Assembly: GCA_002104905.1 (NCBI GenBank)
Contig: MCFE01000076.1
Location: forward strand, 118,643-182,642
Direction of reading: 5' to 3'
DNA from: Basidiobolus meristosporus CBS 931.73
Lineage: Eukaryota; Fungi; Basidiobolomycota
Length of the DNA stretch: 64,000 bases
In this document: positions 30,146-44,582 of the stretch, piece after piece
How the letters are laid out: the number at the start of each line of letters is the position of its first letter
How positions within the stretch are numbered: the first letter of the stretch is position 1
The notes under the pieces: model-generated
Database searches by the model: none
What the model was told of the DNA's origin: nothing
The model's input: the letters and a program-made list of their open reading frames with translations, nothing else
Translations under genes and position numbers: made by a program

Positions 30146-31806
30146 CTATTCAGCGGAATAGCGAAACTTTCCACGAATCTTATGGATGATGTTTTTCGCG
30201 CTAATCGTTTCGGTCTCCATAGTGGAAATAAACGGCTCAAAGCCATTGACATAGTAGAGGCCTCCCACACTGGTTGAATCTAGTTCTACTTTATGAACAT
30301 GGTCACTGCCTATTGCGTTTCGTGGGGTCATCTTGGGATAAGCCTTCCAATTCTTTTCCAGAATAGTGGATTTGTCCCAGAAGTAGAACAAGGTGTCGAG
30401 AGTCTCCGATGAGAGCTTCTCATATGAAAAAAGCTTGAACGATGAGTTGGCAGTGGTGCGGTTTAACACGGAGATCGAGATAAATGGTGGCTGATGACCA
30501 GGAATCGTATAGATGGACGTGGGAAGTATGTCGTTCTCGCCAAAATTGAAATACGTGTAATTAAGAATTCCCTGGACAAAAGTAACATGTAGTGTCTGGT
30601 ACTCCACTGGTGGGATTATCAGCTCACGATCTGGCCCAAGGTCAAGCTCAATATCACTGAGGTCCTGAAACCAAAAAGCACATCAACAAATGGCGACACG
30701 TACTTGGATGATCTTGCACTTACCAGTGGTGTAGCAATAATCACTGAATCGTATTCCTTCGCTCCACTGGATGTGTGCACAACATACTTATCGGAGGCCC
30801 TTGAGCTACACGAATTCGAAGATGTCATCCAGTTTTCTTGTTCCACCGCTAGCTGTACTCTTAGTAGGCTGAAATCGCAGACTGTGGGAGGATTGCTGGC
30901 GCTATTCGTTGTGCTCACTTTCGTGATTTTTTTAACTGCGCTGTTTAGTAGGAGATTAGCACCCGAACGTTTCGCCATTTCAACAAAAAATCGATTGTTT
31001 CCACCGTCGATGCGGTAGATAGTCTGACCCTTCGATGTTGGTGCTAAGCTGATCATCCCAGCCAATCCATGAATGTTGTACACATCCTGTGCATAATTCA
31101 CTCGGCTGGCAATTGCTAGAAACTCCTCTACCAGCTTCTTGTTGATTCCACGGTCGTTTACCAAATAATCCAGGAGGCTTTTCTCCGTCAGGGAAATTAG
31201 CTCCAGCCTTGATAAAATCCCTTCCACTGTTTCCCATTGATACTCCTCAAGCAAGTCATAGATTTTTTCGAATTTTTTGATCGTCTCTTGTGTGGTGCTC
31301 TCAACCTTCATCAAGGAAGGGAGGCCATACCGCCATATCAATTTGGCTTTCTCCCACCAGTTTTTAGGGTGATACATGAATGAGGCCTCTCTGTACGTGA
31401 ATTCAGCTCCGTCCCAGATAGCAAGAAGTGGCTTGATCCCATTCGCCAACGTAGGGCCCTGTAGCTTCAGGTTGAAGGCTTCCGCCAGGGTGCGCAGGTG
31501 TCTGTTTGCAGTTACAAAGATAGAGGCACCCACGTCAACCGTAGTTCCCTGAAAGTTAATGGTCTGAACTCTTCCGCCCAAGGAGGTTCTCTTTTCGTAC
31601 AGCTCAATATCAAACAGCGGCTCATTGAGCTCACAGGATTCCACCGGCGAAGTGGGCAAACACCGGGTTAGGTTTAAGTTATATCTACTTAGGAAGTATG
31701 CTGCCGAAGTACCACCTGCGCCACCTCCTATGATAGCAACCTTACGCACGGCCGCCACATTGACAACATGGGCGGCGAGCAGTAGTTGAGCCAGCCAGAA
31801 TTTCAT
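30146..31806 (-). CDS. PCYOX1: Prenylcysteine oxidase/lyase-like FAD oxidoreductase
   Basis: Signal peptide, VAIIGGGAGGTSAAYFL, YEK...LGGRV, VDVGASIF, RVNYAQD, IDGGN; C-terminal EYQTLHVTF...YYVNGFEPFISTMETE. Confidence 0.88.
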
Positions 31807-32233
31807 CTTTCGTAATAGACTACGATGCAGTGCTTACTTGAATGGTGAAGTGGAAGAAAAGATATCGATGCAGCACTCCTCGATACTCTGGAGGGCTGCT
31901 GGTAACACATCTCTTTGATTTTAAAGGGAATCAGGTCTCAAAGTGCCCGAATGGTATCAATCATGCGGAGATGGTTTATACGTAATGCCAAATTACCCCC
32001 TGATTCCAGCCTCACCGGTAGCTATTGTGCGGATCTTGCGCACAGAAAAGTGCACCCCAGTCTCAAGTGGGATGTTTCAAATTTTTGCGCTCCAGTGCTA
32101 CAACTCGGATCAGATCAGCCGCGGTACGTAAGTCATGCTTTTATTGACATGGTGAACAGGTTGAAGAGATGAGTCCATAAATTACATCTGGATATTGATT
32201 CTGCCTGTGAACGATTTGGAGGGCGCAATTCCA

Positions 32234-33718
32234 TTAGACAGTGGAGCTCTTGCGGGTTTTTGTCTCAGGAACGAATATCACAATATAGACAGCTGCAAGA
32301 GCAGTGATGGCCGAAAACGGCAAGAATGACCAGCCATGGAGCACCGTCTGGAGCGGTGGAAAGGCGAATCCAAACGCAAAGTTCACTAGCCAGTTGACCA
32401 CCGTTACCACCGATGAGCCGGCTTCAACTGCGGCCGGCGGGAGTAGTTCTGGAGTGATCATCCAAGGAATTGGACCTACTCCTATGGCGAATCCACAAAT
32501 AAATAATGCTACGGATACCACCATCAGAATATCGATATGCAGTACAGACCCTACAACCAGCAATATAGAAAAGATGCACATGATTATGTCGCCAACCAGC
32601 AAGAGTGGCTTGCGACCCACTTTGTCAATGACCAGACTGGATATGACGGTCATGAAGACATTTAATGCTGCTACTCCAACCGTCGCGTGAATGGCATGGT
32701 CTTCTCCAAAAGAACTGCGGAAAATCGAGGAAGAGTAATAAATAACTCCATTGATTCCCGATAGCTGCTGGATGATGTGGACGATAATTGCATTGAAAAA
32801 TCTTCCTCGAACGTGGGGAGTCGCTAGTATTTCACGAACTCCCATGCTATGATGATTTCTACTTTCGGCGTTCTCTTCATTGGAGCTGGTTTCGCTGTTG
32901 CCATGGTTCTTTATCTCCTGGAACTCTCTGTCTATGTTACATCCTGGACGTAACCGTTTCAGAGCGTTTCTTCCCTCCTCCATGTAACCTTTATGAATAT
33001 ACCAGTAGGGCGTTTCTGTGCAAAAAGGCAACAAAATCGTTTGAATGATTGCTGGGGCTATCGAGAGTCCTAGCAGGATTCTCCAGCCTGGAGGAGAGTT
33101 CAGACCCAAACCAAGCGCCTGTGAAAGCAAGATCCCAACCACGATAAACAATTGCATCATGACGCCAAGCGTCCCACGATAGCGGTGGGTGGATATTTCC
33201 GAATTGTACATTGGGACCAATACGCAGGCCAAACCGCCGCCGAAACCAGCAATCACTCTGCCTACAATAAGTTGGATGACATTTGGTGCTGTTCCCTGGA
33301 GTATCCCGGCCACAATGAAGAAGAAGTTGCCCAGTAGAAGAGTTTTTTTACGACCAAGGCGATCGGCGACAGCCCCAGCCCCGAGTGCTCCCAACAAACA
33401 TCCCAGAGCAAAGATCCCCACCGTTAGACCCCTACAAAATCCAGAATCAGCGAGTGTGCAAATATGTTTCAATTATTACTACTACCATAGACTCGGCCCC
33501 ATGGGAAGACAGGCTGGCAGTGGGGATGGAGGGTACGAGCTAGGATCACATTTGGAGACAACATGTTCTATGGTGTTGGGAGAGCCAATATGGTACCCAG
33601 TGGACAGTGAAGAAAGAACGCAGGTGAAGGCGCAAAATACTATATATGAGGATAGCCCAAAATCTTTGGAGTCGGTGGTAGCAACTACTTCGTGCTCAAT
33701 GTATGATTTTAACTTCAT
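32234..33718 (-). CDS. MFS sugar porter (GLUT/SLC2A-like), 2 exons
   Basis: ADRLGRKK, GRVIAG, PMYNSEIS, PETP-like TETP, QQLSGINGVIYYS, DKVGRK, GPIPW, VPETK. Confidence 0.95.
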
Positions 33719-35309
33719 TCTGGAGCAATATTGCGACAATTGAGGTAGTTATAAAATGAACCTTGTGGGAGTGATGGGGCATTATTTATATCAGCTTCTG
33801 CTGTCTACTGAATCGCAAGGAATGATTGTATGAGAGAAGTGAGCCGTAGTCCTCGATAATACTGCTACATTCAAGACCTTTGTAGTTCAGTAATAAAACA
33901 GTTCGATTCATGGCATGATGCATAAATCCTCAAATGGCCACACAGCTTAAGAAAGTGCATAAAGTTGACTAAATGGTGCAGATAATCATTTGCTACGGCA
34001 GTCAGCTTTGATCATCGTGATGAATCTGATTTTGGTCAACAAAGGCGAAGCAGTCTCTGGCTATGAAATTGGCATATCACCAAGCTTTATGAACAATCAT
34101 GCTTCACATGTCGCATATAACCATCGACAAATGCGTAACCAATGTCATCGCTCACATCCTACCGATCGCATTTCAAATTCTGAAATATTATCATTGCAAG
34201 TTGCTTAAGGCGATCTGAGGTTTGAATACTTTTGGTCACGATTGTTAGATCATTGCTTGCAGGCTTTGGTTCTTGGTCAACTGATGTTTAAATGACAGTG
34301 AAGCCACTCGAACATTGTAGATATTCATGCTCCGCAATTGTGAGCTGCACGCCGTTCTGAAACAACTTGTACCTATCTACCTGCAAATAACAGTCATGAA
34401 TGGTTATGCCATGGCTAGGATCCAGTAGGGGTTCTCTGCTGGGCGTGATCTATTGAACACTGTGTATCACGACCACGCTGTGATTCGATGCTTGGCAGTT
34501 GTATCTTCAATTCCATTGCTGTGGCTGGATAATGTATCCTTCTTTTATAGCATACAAATCTGGTCGACAAAGATTGTATCACATACAACCATCTTGACTA
34601 TGCGACCCTCCGAACCACGAGAGCTTAGCTCCTGTTGGCAATTTGTTGATTGTATTATACTGTGGACCAATTGTTTCCTCACACCCAGTTACCCTCTCCG
34701 TGATTAACATTGGTAATAATGCATCGTCAATGACTCAGAATAGCAGCGGAGCATTAATGGAACACTGCGCTGTATTTGTAAAACGTGAACTACAACCGGC
34801 GTGTGTAAAGAGCTAGGGCAACACTGTTAGATGTGTGTGTGATATGTAAATAGCCAATGAAAACCCGGCTTGCAAGTGACAGAACATACTTCATGTACTG
34901 TTAAAGTCTTGCAACTCAACACATCCCCTTCAAGTCGGAAAGCTACATTCAAACACTCACTGGCTTGGCATTGGCCCATTCCACATTCCAGAGCCATCTA
35001 ACGCTGCGGTCGAAATAAAACTGTCTAAAATCCCAACTAGCGAATGATTATATTGGCAATTCCGCGAATAGATTGAAAATCGTTCCCGAATTTCCCCACG
35101 GTCGCAATACAGAATATTATTTGTTAGTGGATTGTGTCATTTTCTATCTGCGAGAATCGCTCCTGGCCTTCTTACTTAAGTTGGGCTGGTATGCTCGTAT
35201 TGGAAACAACATCAGTTGTGTGACATAGCCATGTATAGTATGTGAAAATTTTTAGTACACTAGCGAGGATATATTAGCCCAGAATCCCGCCTGGGTGAAG
35301 CACAACATT

Positions 35310-35917
35310 ATGACTGTTACCATCACCACCCGTCCTTCTGGCGCTGAAGACGTTCCCGCCAACGTCGAGCATATCTATTCTATCATTAACGCCGCTTACC
35401 GCACCGGTAACTATCATCTCTTACTACATAGGGTCGTCCGATAGTCGGCTAATCTGATTCTTTTCACTCTCAAGATAAGTCCTGGACTCATGAGGCAGAT
35501 TTGGTGTCTGAGGACCGCATCGGCACCGAGGAATTAAGTCATCTGTTATTGAACAATGAGGAGCCTATTATATTGGCAGAAATTCAGAAAAACCCCTCCG
35601 AAGCTGCCGTCGTAGCCGGGACTATTCGTATCGAGAAACTTCCTGAGGAGGGTGAGTATTTACTCGGACTCCTATCTGTTGACCCAGAATTTCAGAGCTG
35701 TGGCATAGGCTCCAAGTTAGTCAAAGCAGCTGTTGAGTACATCAAAACGGAACTCAAAGGCAAGAAGGCAGTTGTTTGGGTCATCTATACAAGATCGGAG
35801 TTAATTTCCTGGTACGAGAGACTTGGATTCGTTGGAACCGGCGAAACCAAACCTTTCCCAATGCCCCAGTTCTTGAAGAAAGATGTACACTTCAACGTTT
35901 ACAAACGGGACTTGTGA
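35310..35917 (+). CDS. GNAT family N-acetyltransferase, 2 exons
   Basis: IINAAYR..SWTHE, LLSVDPEFQSCGIGSKLV (motif A), LISWYERLGF. Confidence 0.9.
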
Positions 35918-37600
35918 ATCAAACCTAGAAATTGTATTTTTAGCCACGCTACATCCAGTCAGTAATCTCAATTAATAAACACTGGTGACTAACGAGATAT
36001 GTTTCTCTGGTTATATAAGTTGGAGTTGAGAAAATACACCATCATAGTGATAGCAAGTTTCCAAGGTCGTGCTGTAGACTTGAAGTACGTGTATTTTTGA
36101 CCTACACATGAAACATAGGCCATTTTTGCATCTTGGAGATATAAGCATATGAAATTAACATAACGAGTGGCTCCGTGTGCATCATATTTGGAATTTCGAA
36201 GAGTTGCTATCAAGGAGCATGCCTCCTTCTTTCATGTGAGCCACGCAATGGATAATGAAACTTATATCTGTTGACTCGTATCACGTGAGTGCGTCGAATA
36301 CACACTCGCAATTGTTTCTTCACAGGCATGACAGCAGCTTGGGATTGTCAATCAACTCCGGATATGCGAACGATGTACGGAAACCGTCCATCAGTTGATC
36401 TAGTGGTAATGAAGAGTTTTGTAACAGATACTGATCAATCCCTGGATGGCAAAGCGCTTACTTACCAGCTTTGAACCACAAGTTAGGCATTACATACAAG
36501 TTCGCCTAATTGAAAACCGTCAGACGGTGACCACATTCTAGATCCTACGATCGAAATGCAGTGTTTCCACTTGCAATTAATGGCCAATGCGCATAAGCTA
36601 TGATGCTTACTGTGCCCAAAGATAGCATGAACTTTCAGCCCCTTATCGAACGCAGTCAGATACCCCACAAATCTGGTTGAGCCTTTCTCAGCTCTCGCAT
36701 TCGTCAATGGAAGAAATACTGGTTATCAGCCTCTATGCCTCAAACAAGTTACTGTATACCCCAGGTTGTTTGAACAGTGACTGGACACTGAGCAGGTCAC
36801 TCCAACACGGTCGGGGCAATGCTGCAAATCAGCATCAATGTGTGAAGCATTCCGCCGGCCTATACCACTAGACATCGATATATCACACGATACTTCCGAG
36901 CTTTTACTAGCCAGTAACTCATACACACCCCGTCATGTTTAATTCGATATCTGTCATCCCTGACCCTGAAATGGTATTCAGGGTGAGGAGGATTCTCTCC
37001 AGTTGACATTATCAATATCTAACAATTGAGCAACATGCATTCTGGACTTGCTTTAAATAGGAGATCTACCATTCCTGTATTTAGCCTCTATTGCGAGCCT
37101 CAGAATGGTAATCTTCACCGATATGACCCTATCAACAATATCCTGATTATTGTGAAAGAATCATGCTATTGGTACACGTGGATGATGTAGCCATGTGACT
37201 GCGTGCCGTGCCTTATTTCCAACAAAGCTCATTCGAATGTACGGCTAAGAGTATGCGGAGATGCACATCAGCCTGCATATCTAAGCCCGATCCACCACAC
37301 CTGAACTCGGGATGGATGTTTCTCATTTTCCCTACCAGCCATCCCCAATTCCAATGTGTGGATATTTGACCTGCTGAGAATTATCAGGATTGATTAATAG
37401 CATGCAGTGTCATATTTCATAGTGGTACGTTAAATTGAAAAAATCCACATCAATTGGTCAGATGGTTTGACTATTCGGAATTGGTAATATGCTAAAGGGG
37501 AGGTGGCAAATAATAAACGCGTACAAGAAATTTCTCCAGTTATCCCTAGGTAGCATAAAGCAGATAGCTGTTGTTCTAGTATCCACAAAGAATACTGGCT

Positions 37601-40244
37601 ATGAAGTACAACCATGTTCAGTTCATATTGTTGGCTGAATTTGACATAGACAAAGGCTCGTCCTTGACATATCAGTATCCAGCACCGACTGGTACAGACC
37701 CACAGTAAGTATACCTCCCTCACGTTGAAGAGACCGGTGGGGTAGTTGTTGCATCAAGACAGCTCCAGTAGCACGCCCTACAGTTCTTGTGCACCGTGAA
37801 ATTGAACCGTACTTTGTTTTTTAGTGTTTTGGCCGAGCTTATGCTTCCAGATGGTGCTCATCAGTGGGAGGACGATTGGACCATTTTCTTTTTAAACCAA
37901 AAAGTCCCAGAATCTGGTAAGAACTTTGAATGTGGTGGCGAGCCTCAGAAACAAAACCCCAACCATCAGCCATTGCTCTACGTCCTGAACCGAGTTTGCA
38001 CCAAACACGATCCAGGAGCACCTAGGTTTGTTCGCACTTTACTGGGTTGTGCAAGCGTACGTATTCACCCTTAGCCAACAATATTCAGAGGAGCCATGGT
38101 AAAAGCAATGGCTATTTGCACCAAGCATCAGTATCTGCACGTCTACAAGGTTAGGGTTGCGCCAGAATCGCAATTTCCAGACGTAGTGCTCATATAGTCG
38201 ATCCATATTTTAGCCTGTCTTACTACTAGCATTGGAAAACTATTTTCAAAACCCTTCTCAAGATATATTGGCATCACTCTTTGACGCAGTTAATTCAATG
38301 GATCTTCGAACAATGCCTGCGTTCTCCCTGAACGAGCGGTTGATTCTTCGCGCCTCTGAGAATAAGGATATGTTCGAGGAAAAGTTTGTAGAGATGGAGG
38401 AGATCAACAATCCCGATTTTAAAGATCCGAGAGAGCTGGAACAAGTCTCCGGGGATGAAATGGATGAAACCGCCCTGAAAAAAAAGAAGAGAAATACCTA
38501 CATCGACCTCTCCTCCGGACAGAAAAAGGAGATGACCACCACCATGAGCAACAAAAATAAAGATCGCCACTTCTTCGAAACCAAAGTCATATACGAAGGG
38601 CATAAATTGCCCATTCGAGTGCCGCTGACGGTTCACCCGGAGGAAGTCGGAGATGTAAGCACGCCGTTTCCATTCGCCGTTATCGGATACTAACCTTGCG
38701 CTATAGTTTTCGCTGATTAAGTTGATCACCACTTTCTCGCAAAGCTCTGCCTCGTATCAAACTATCCACCCGCATCTGCACACCAGTGGCCCACAAACCC
38801 ACCCGATCATTCTTCTGATCAACGCACTTCTCACCCAGAAGAAAATCATCTTCCTGGGTCATGGCCTTCCGTCTGGAGAGGTTGCCAACTACGTTTTGGC
38901 AGCATGTGCCATGGGCAGTGGGAGTGGCGCGGTTCTCCGGGGGTTTACTGAGCGCGCTTTCCCTTATACAAATTTAACCAATGTAGATGAGCTTCGGAAG
39001 TTGTAAGTATATATACACCCAACATGGCATAGCTCCACTTGGTTACAGCCATTTTCTGATTCTTTCGATGCAGCCCAGGGTTTATTGCTGGTGTGACGAA
39101 TCCTACGTTTGAGGAGCATCCGAAGTGGTGGGACGTGTTATGCAACATCCGCACCGGTAAAGTCACCGTGAGTGGAGAGATAAGTATGTCTGGCGTAGGT
39201 GGAGGCACCTTCGTAGGAAAAGAGAAGATTGGTAACGATCCGATGACAAAACCCGGCTCAACTACCTCACACCCACAGCGACTCGAAAACATAGCGGATA
39301 ATGACTTCATGAGCGAGGTTTGTAGAAGCAGCACGTTTCCAGTATTCATCATGATGGCTAATGCAAATGTGTTATAAATGTGGGCTAGGTCATGCTTGCC
39401 ATACAGTCTCATTACGGCGAAAACGTGATCAGAGCCAAGATCCAGGAATACATTCAAAGATTTGTTCGGCTTGCTGCTTTATATGAGGAAGAAACAAGAG
39501 GGTCAACCAACATTGGGATCACAAGCAGCAACACCAAGAGCGCAAATGAGCTCCTTGGAAACGGGCTGTATTTTCCTGATACTGGGCCTAACAGCACCAA
39601 GGAGAGGGAGTTGCTAGCCAATCGAGGCAGAATCGAGGGGTGGATCGGGACTATATCCTATCAATTTTATCAAGAAGTAGAGTACTTTCAACATGCATTG
39701 CTTGATGAACAATGGAACTGACTGGCTTTGGTAGGATTTCCAAAGCTATCTCAAATCAAGAAGCATCATCAACATCGATGTAGCTAGACAAATCATGAAG
39801 CTCAAGGTTTGTCGTGAAATGTCCTCTATAGAGGCCGAGGGCATTTTCAAAGCATTTCTAGAATCAGTGACCACTGATGATCAAGTGATTGAGGTAATCT
39901 GAGAGGCGCAAGAATTTGCCTGCATCGTCACTCATCATAGATCTCACAGCTATTAGCAAATCTGCCTCAAAACCAAGGCGGCCTGTTTGTGTTGGCTTCT
40001 GGGCTTTATCATCCTTCTAAGTCAGTGCGAGAATTTACGGTCCAGTTGTTCAACCGAATCAAACAACACAAGGTAAGCCTTGATATGTTCAGCTCAGCAG
40101 CCCCATTACTCAACTCTCGGTTAGGCTGGTGCTAGATTCGTACAGGATCTGAATCATTTTCACAAGCTCGCCTACGAACGACTATCCAGGACCAGCTCTT
40201 CCACCGACTGGAGTTTACGCAGCATTTCCAATTTCGCCCATTAA
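37601..40244 (+). CDS. mesA: MesA/Afi1-like DENN-related polarity protein (multi-exon)
   Basis: [93 protein letters not shown]...WWDVLCNI. Confidence 0.88.
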
Positions 40245-40650
40245 GAATCGGAAATGAGCGGCCTTGGACTGTTGGTCTTTCCTGTTATCTGTACATTTAT
40301 TCTTTATGAGCCTAAACTGCGTTAATTCCCATGATTATTGATATATCAGCATTGCTGGAGTTCAGTCTGTCATCGTCATAACACTAATTACATCAATTAT
40401 CGTGACTTTCAAGCCCATTGACATCATCACAATAATGATTGACTAAACTGCTATGACCTCACCCTCCTACCATAGGAATACCAACGTGAGGTCATGTATT
40501 GCTGATTTCTTGTAGATCATGCTTAATGGTATGGAAATAAATCACTTGGATCAATGGTTAAAGCACTTGTGCTCAACAAGGGCATGGGGCCATATAAAAA
40601 TAAGGACCCACCTCTAGCCGTCAATCATCATTCAATCTTCTACATCTGAC

Positions 40651-41091
40651 ATGGAGAGGTTAACGAGTACAGCGAAGTCGGCTTCAGGATATATCCAAGA
40701 GACCATTGGCGGCCTGATAGGAAGTGAGGAGATGAAAGCGGGCGGACAACTCAAACAGGCGGAGGCAGAAGCGATCTGGGATGCCTCGAACACAGTCGAG
40801 CCAAGCAAGACATCAGCAAGTGTTAAATCAGCGAAGGGCAATATGAAGCAGGTTGTGGGCGGTTTAATGGGAAATGACGAGTTGACCGCAGAAGGGCTTC
40901 GTGAGCACTCTCAAGCAGGCGCAGAGTACGAGTCTGCAAGAGTCCGAGAATATGCAGAAGGTGCTGGCGAAGAGTTAAAAGGCAAGTTCAAAGTGGCAGT
41001 GGGCGAAAAACTTGCCGATCAACAATTGATGGCTGAGGGCAAGGCAGAGCAACTCAAGGGGAAAAGCCGCATGCGAGCTAACTCTAATTAG
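40651..41091 (+). CDS. CsbD-like / Hmp1-like small hydrophilic stress protein with internal repeats
   Basis: Repeated G.(I/M)K/Q E.VGG.(I/M)G.E.(M/L).A.G units; single ORF. Confidence 0.75.
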   Translation: MERLTSTAKSASGYIQETIGGLIGSEEMKAGGQLKQAEAEAIWDASNTVEPSKTSASVKSAKGNMKQVVGGLMGNDELTAEGLREHSQAGAEYESARVREYAEGAGEELKGKFKVAVGEKLADQQLMAEGKAEQLKGKSRMRANSN

Positions 41092-42448
41092 CTTTACTTC
41101 TACTGTTAAATATTATATTCGTCTCAATAAATCTTACAACCGTTAGAAATCTCTATGGGGGTTAGTCTTCAGTAGTACGAATGAAATTACTGCTATGGTT
41201 TGTAAACCATCTGATAACAATATGATCGGGAAATCCCAGTCCCTGCCCCAAAACCGAAGTCTATACATGCAGCTGGTGAAAAGAGTGTTCGAACATATAC
41301 TGGCTCTACAAATGACATCACTGCGACTGTGCTTCTCAATGCCAATTGTGATAGTGATCTGGCTGATTGAGCAGCAGCTTGTAATCAATTTAATCTGTAC
41401 ATTGGGTCCTATCAAATTTCGACCTATACCTGAATAAATGGAACATCAAAGAGTCAGCTTATTGATTATCAGCGGCTATAGCACCTCTTCTGCAAGTAAC
41501 AAGTCTATCTAATACCTCCATATTCCCCATTCAGCCGAATGAATCACGATTCATCATATAGCCAGCTTCGTTTTTCTCATTCTTATCGACGTGATATTGG
41601 TCACTGCCATGAGAAAGCAGCCTATTGGTCTTCGGTGGTTCAGCTTACGTTTGTGTCACATCTCTTGGGCGAAGAATGAGTTCTGGGACCACGACATCTC
41701 TACCTCTGAAGGCTCCAGAGATTGAGGCCATAAGTCCGCATACCCGAAATCAGACACTTAAGCAACGGTGGCCAACTGCTTTTAACGTGTTAACAATTGG
41801 CCCTGGCTGATGCTACAATTCCAACCGAATAAAAGTAGACATCTACCAGTATTCCGATTAGGCAATTGCTCCGGGGTTTGACAAGATTGGGATTTAGGTT
41901 TGATTAGGGAAGCCATAGCTCCCCCCTTATATCTCTTCCCTAAAATGGATCTCTCGATTTGTTTTGAATCCACATTGGTTTCACCACGCCTTCAATGATT
42001 TAATGGCAGAGGAACATGCAGAGGGTTCCCAACAAAATGGGCAATCCTGAAGATCCTTATGCTTGACAATCCTGTAAATGACTGATAAAATGGGATATGC
42101 GCCTGCAATATTCAAGGGATTCTTGGTGAAGAGCAAACGAAGCCGATTGTGTCCCAATCACATTACCGAGTTTACATTTTACCTGCATTGCTGCCATAGG
42201 GAAAAGACATTCAATATTGACTAGCGTTGGTGTTAACCCACTCGTGACCCTGGATACTGTTGGCTATTTATCCGTTGAGCTTGGATTAGCACTCATTCTA
42301 TATATGATTATATATTACAAAATTTGTAGTGCATTTGATGATCTCGCACAAGCAGGATAAACACCTTGTTCAAGATGACGAAACCCAATGTATATAAATC
42401 TACACTACTTGCAAACTAGCTGGCTGTAGTAAACTTCGTCCTAACTCA

Positions 42449-44130
42449 ATGGGTGTACCTAAAATAAACGTGTTTTCCTCTAGCCAGGACATAGCTTCTT
42501 CTGGCTACGACGGCCTTATTTTGCTTTTTACAGACGTCCAAAAGCTCTCTCCCAAAGTATCCACCCTTGACGTAAGTACCGTTTCGACGTATGTAAAGGC
42601 TGACAAGCAAGCAAGCTCCAGTATCTCCTTCATAGTTGACCCCAAGGCTCCAGGTGGTAGAATCATCTTGGCCCCCACCGGAACCTTGTTTGGCGACACG
42701 GATGATCCTCGCAAAATTGGAGGTAACTCATTTTTGTTATGCATTCGTTGGACTTCCACTCTGACCCTTTACAATATCGAAAAGAAACGGTTTCTAAGGC
42801 ATTCCAGCGTGCTCGTCAAGCGGGGATTACCTCACCTCTTATACACTTTGTGGATCCTCCTAAAGATCACCCCGAATACAGGCGCTACCTAGAAGTGGCG
42901 CTTTTAGGTGCTCTAGAAGCCTGCTACGAGTATCTTGAGTACAGGGAACACCGTGAAAAAATCGGCGAAGCCTCACCTGAACTAGTCAAAGAGTTTGGCG
43001 TGTTAGAAAGCCATCTCGAAAGCTCCCAACTGGAGGCGATCATCAAGAATGCCATCGCAATTGAGGAAGGAAGAAGATTGTGTCGGGACGTTGGCAGTCC
43101 AGATCCTGAGCGCATGACCCCATTGAAATTTGCCGAATATGTCGAGGAATCCTTAGCTGGTGTCAAAAACATGAAGGTCACCACAATCAAAGATTTGGAC
43201 ATTTTGCAAAAGGAGTATCCACTGCTTCATGCTGTTTCCCGATGCTCGCTAAGTGTCGAAAGACATAAACCTTGCGTAGTACGAATTGAGTACAAATCAC
43301 CTGAGCCATCAAAAGTTAAGGAAAATCTTTACCTTGTTGGCAAAGGTGTCACCTATGATACTGGAGGTGCTGATCTGAAAGTTAATGGTGGTATGCGTGG
43401 CATGTCTCGTGATAAGCTAGGCGCCGCTTCTGTTGCTGGTTTCATGAAGACTGTTGCCGAGCAGCAACCAACTAACGTAAACATTGTCGCCGATCTGGGC
43501 TTAGTTCGCAATAGTATCGGCTCTGATGCTTATTTAAGTGACGAGGTAATTTATTCCAGGGCTGGGGTCCGTGTCCTCGTTGGCAATACTGATGCTGAAG
43601 GTCGAATGGTCATGACTGACCTCCTATGTCATATGCGTGAGCGTGTATTGGAAGCACGTGCAAATGGAGACCAGACTCCTGCAAGATTAATTACAATAGC
43701 CACTTTGACTGGGCATGCCATTAGAGCAGCTGGCCCTTATACTTGTGCTCTTGATAATGGGCCTGCGCGCAAAGACAATATCTCCATTCGTCTTTCCAAT
43801 GCTGGCGCTGAGTGGGCTGACCCATGCGAAGTTTCTACCTTGCGTAGGGAAGATATGGCTATTGTTTCTCCGGGAAGCTCTCGTGAAGATGTGATTCAGG
43901 CAAATGACAAGCCAAGCACAATGACCAACCGCGGCCATCAGTTGCCTTTTGCCTTTATGATTGTAGCTTCTGGACTTGATAAACATGGGCTTGATGCTGA
44001 TCCAAGCAAGCAGATAGCATACACCCATCTTGACATTGCTGGCTCTTCCGAAGAAGTCGTTCACGGTCTAAGCCTTCCGAACGTTACTGGAAGACCTATT
44101 CCTTCTCTCGTGGGAGCTTTCTTAGGGTAG
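42449..44130 (+). CDS. M17 leucyl aminopeptidase family protein, 2 exons
   Basis: VGKGVTYDTGGADLK, MSRDKLGAA, NTDAEGRMV, IATLTGH, HLDIAG metal-binding motifs. Confidence 0.93.
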
Positions 44131-44582
44131 ATTCTTTGCTAGATAATATAAATCGCTCTTCCCATGATTAAGACAATTCGTGCGTTGAGAAACCTTCATT
44201 TGACCGAGATCAAGCATTCAATATATCTCCATTTTAACTTCCTGGTGCTTACATCAATACTATACCAAAAATAAAGTGCTCATATCCAGTGCTTTAGATG
44301 GCGGCCTTCGATTTCACGTACTTTCACTACTAATCGAGTGGAAGGGAACCAGCACTCAAAGCGGTACCATTTTCGGTCACATGGAGAATACCGTATATAA
44401 CATTAGACGGGCACTGCGTGCATATTGGCCAAATATATTTAGAAGTGATACAGATTAACCAAGTATATTTAAGAGAGATACAAATGGCAAATTAAAGCTT
44501 CAATGAAGGATGCAAGTGGGTGGTGAGTGAAATTGGGGAGGATTTTACATTTAATTCGTGACGGTTGATCGTTGTTTCGGGT

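Noticed and set aside
36200-36900. Chain of minus-strand introns giving ...FVGYLTAFDKGLKVHAIFG... (weak Sm-like look)
   Set aside because: Requires very short introns and the Sm motif is incomplete; not supportable without RNA data
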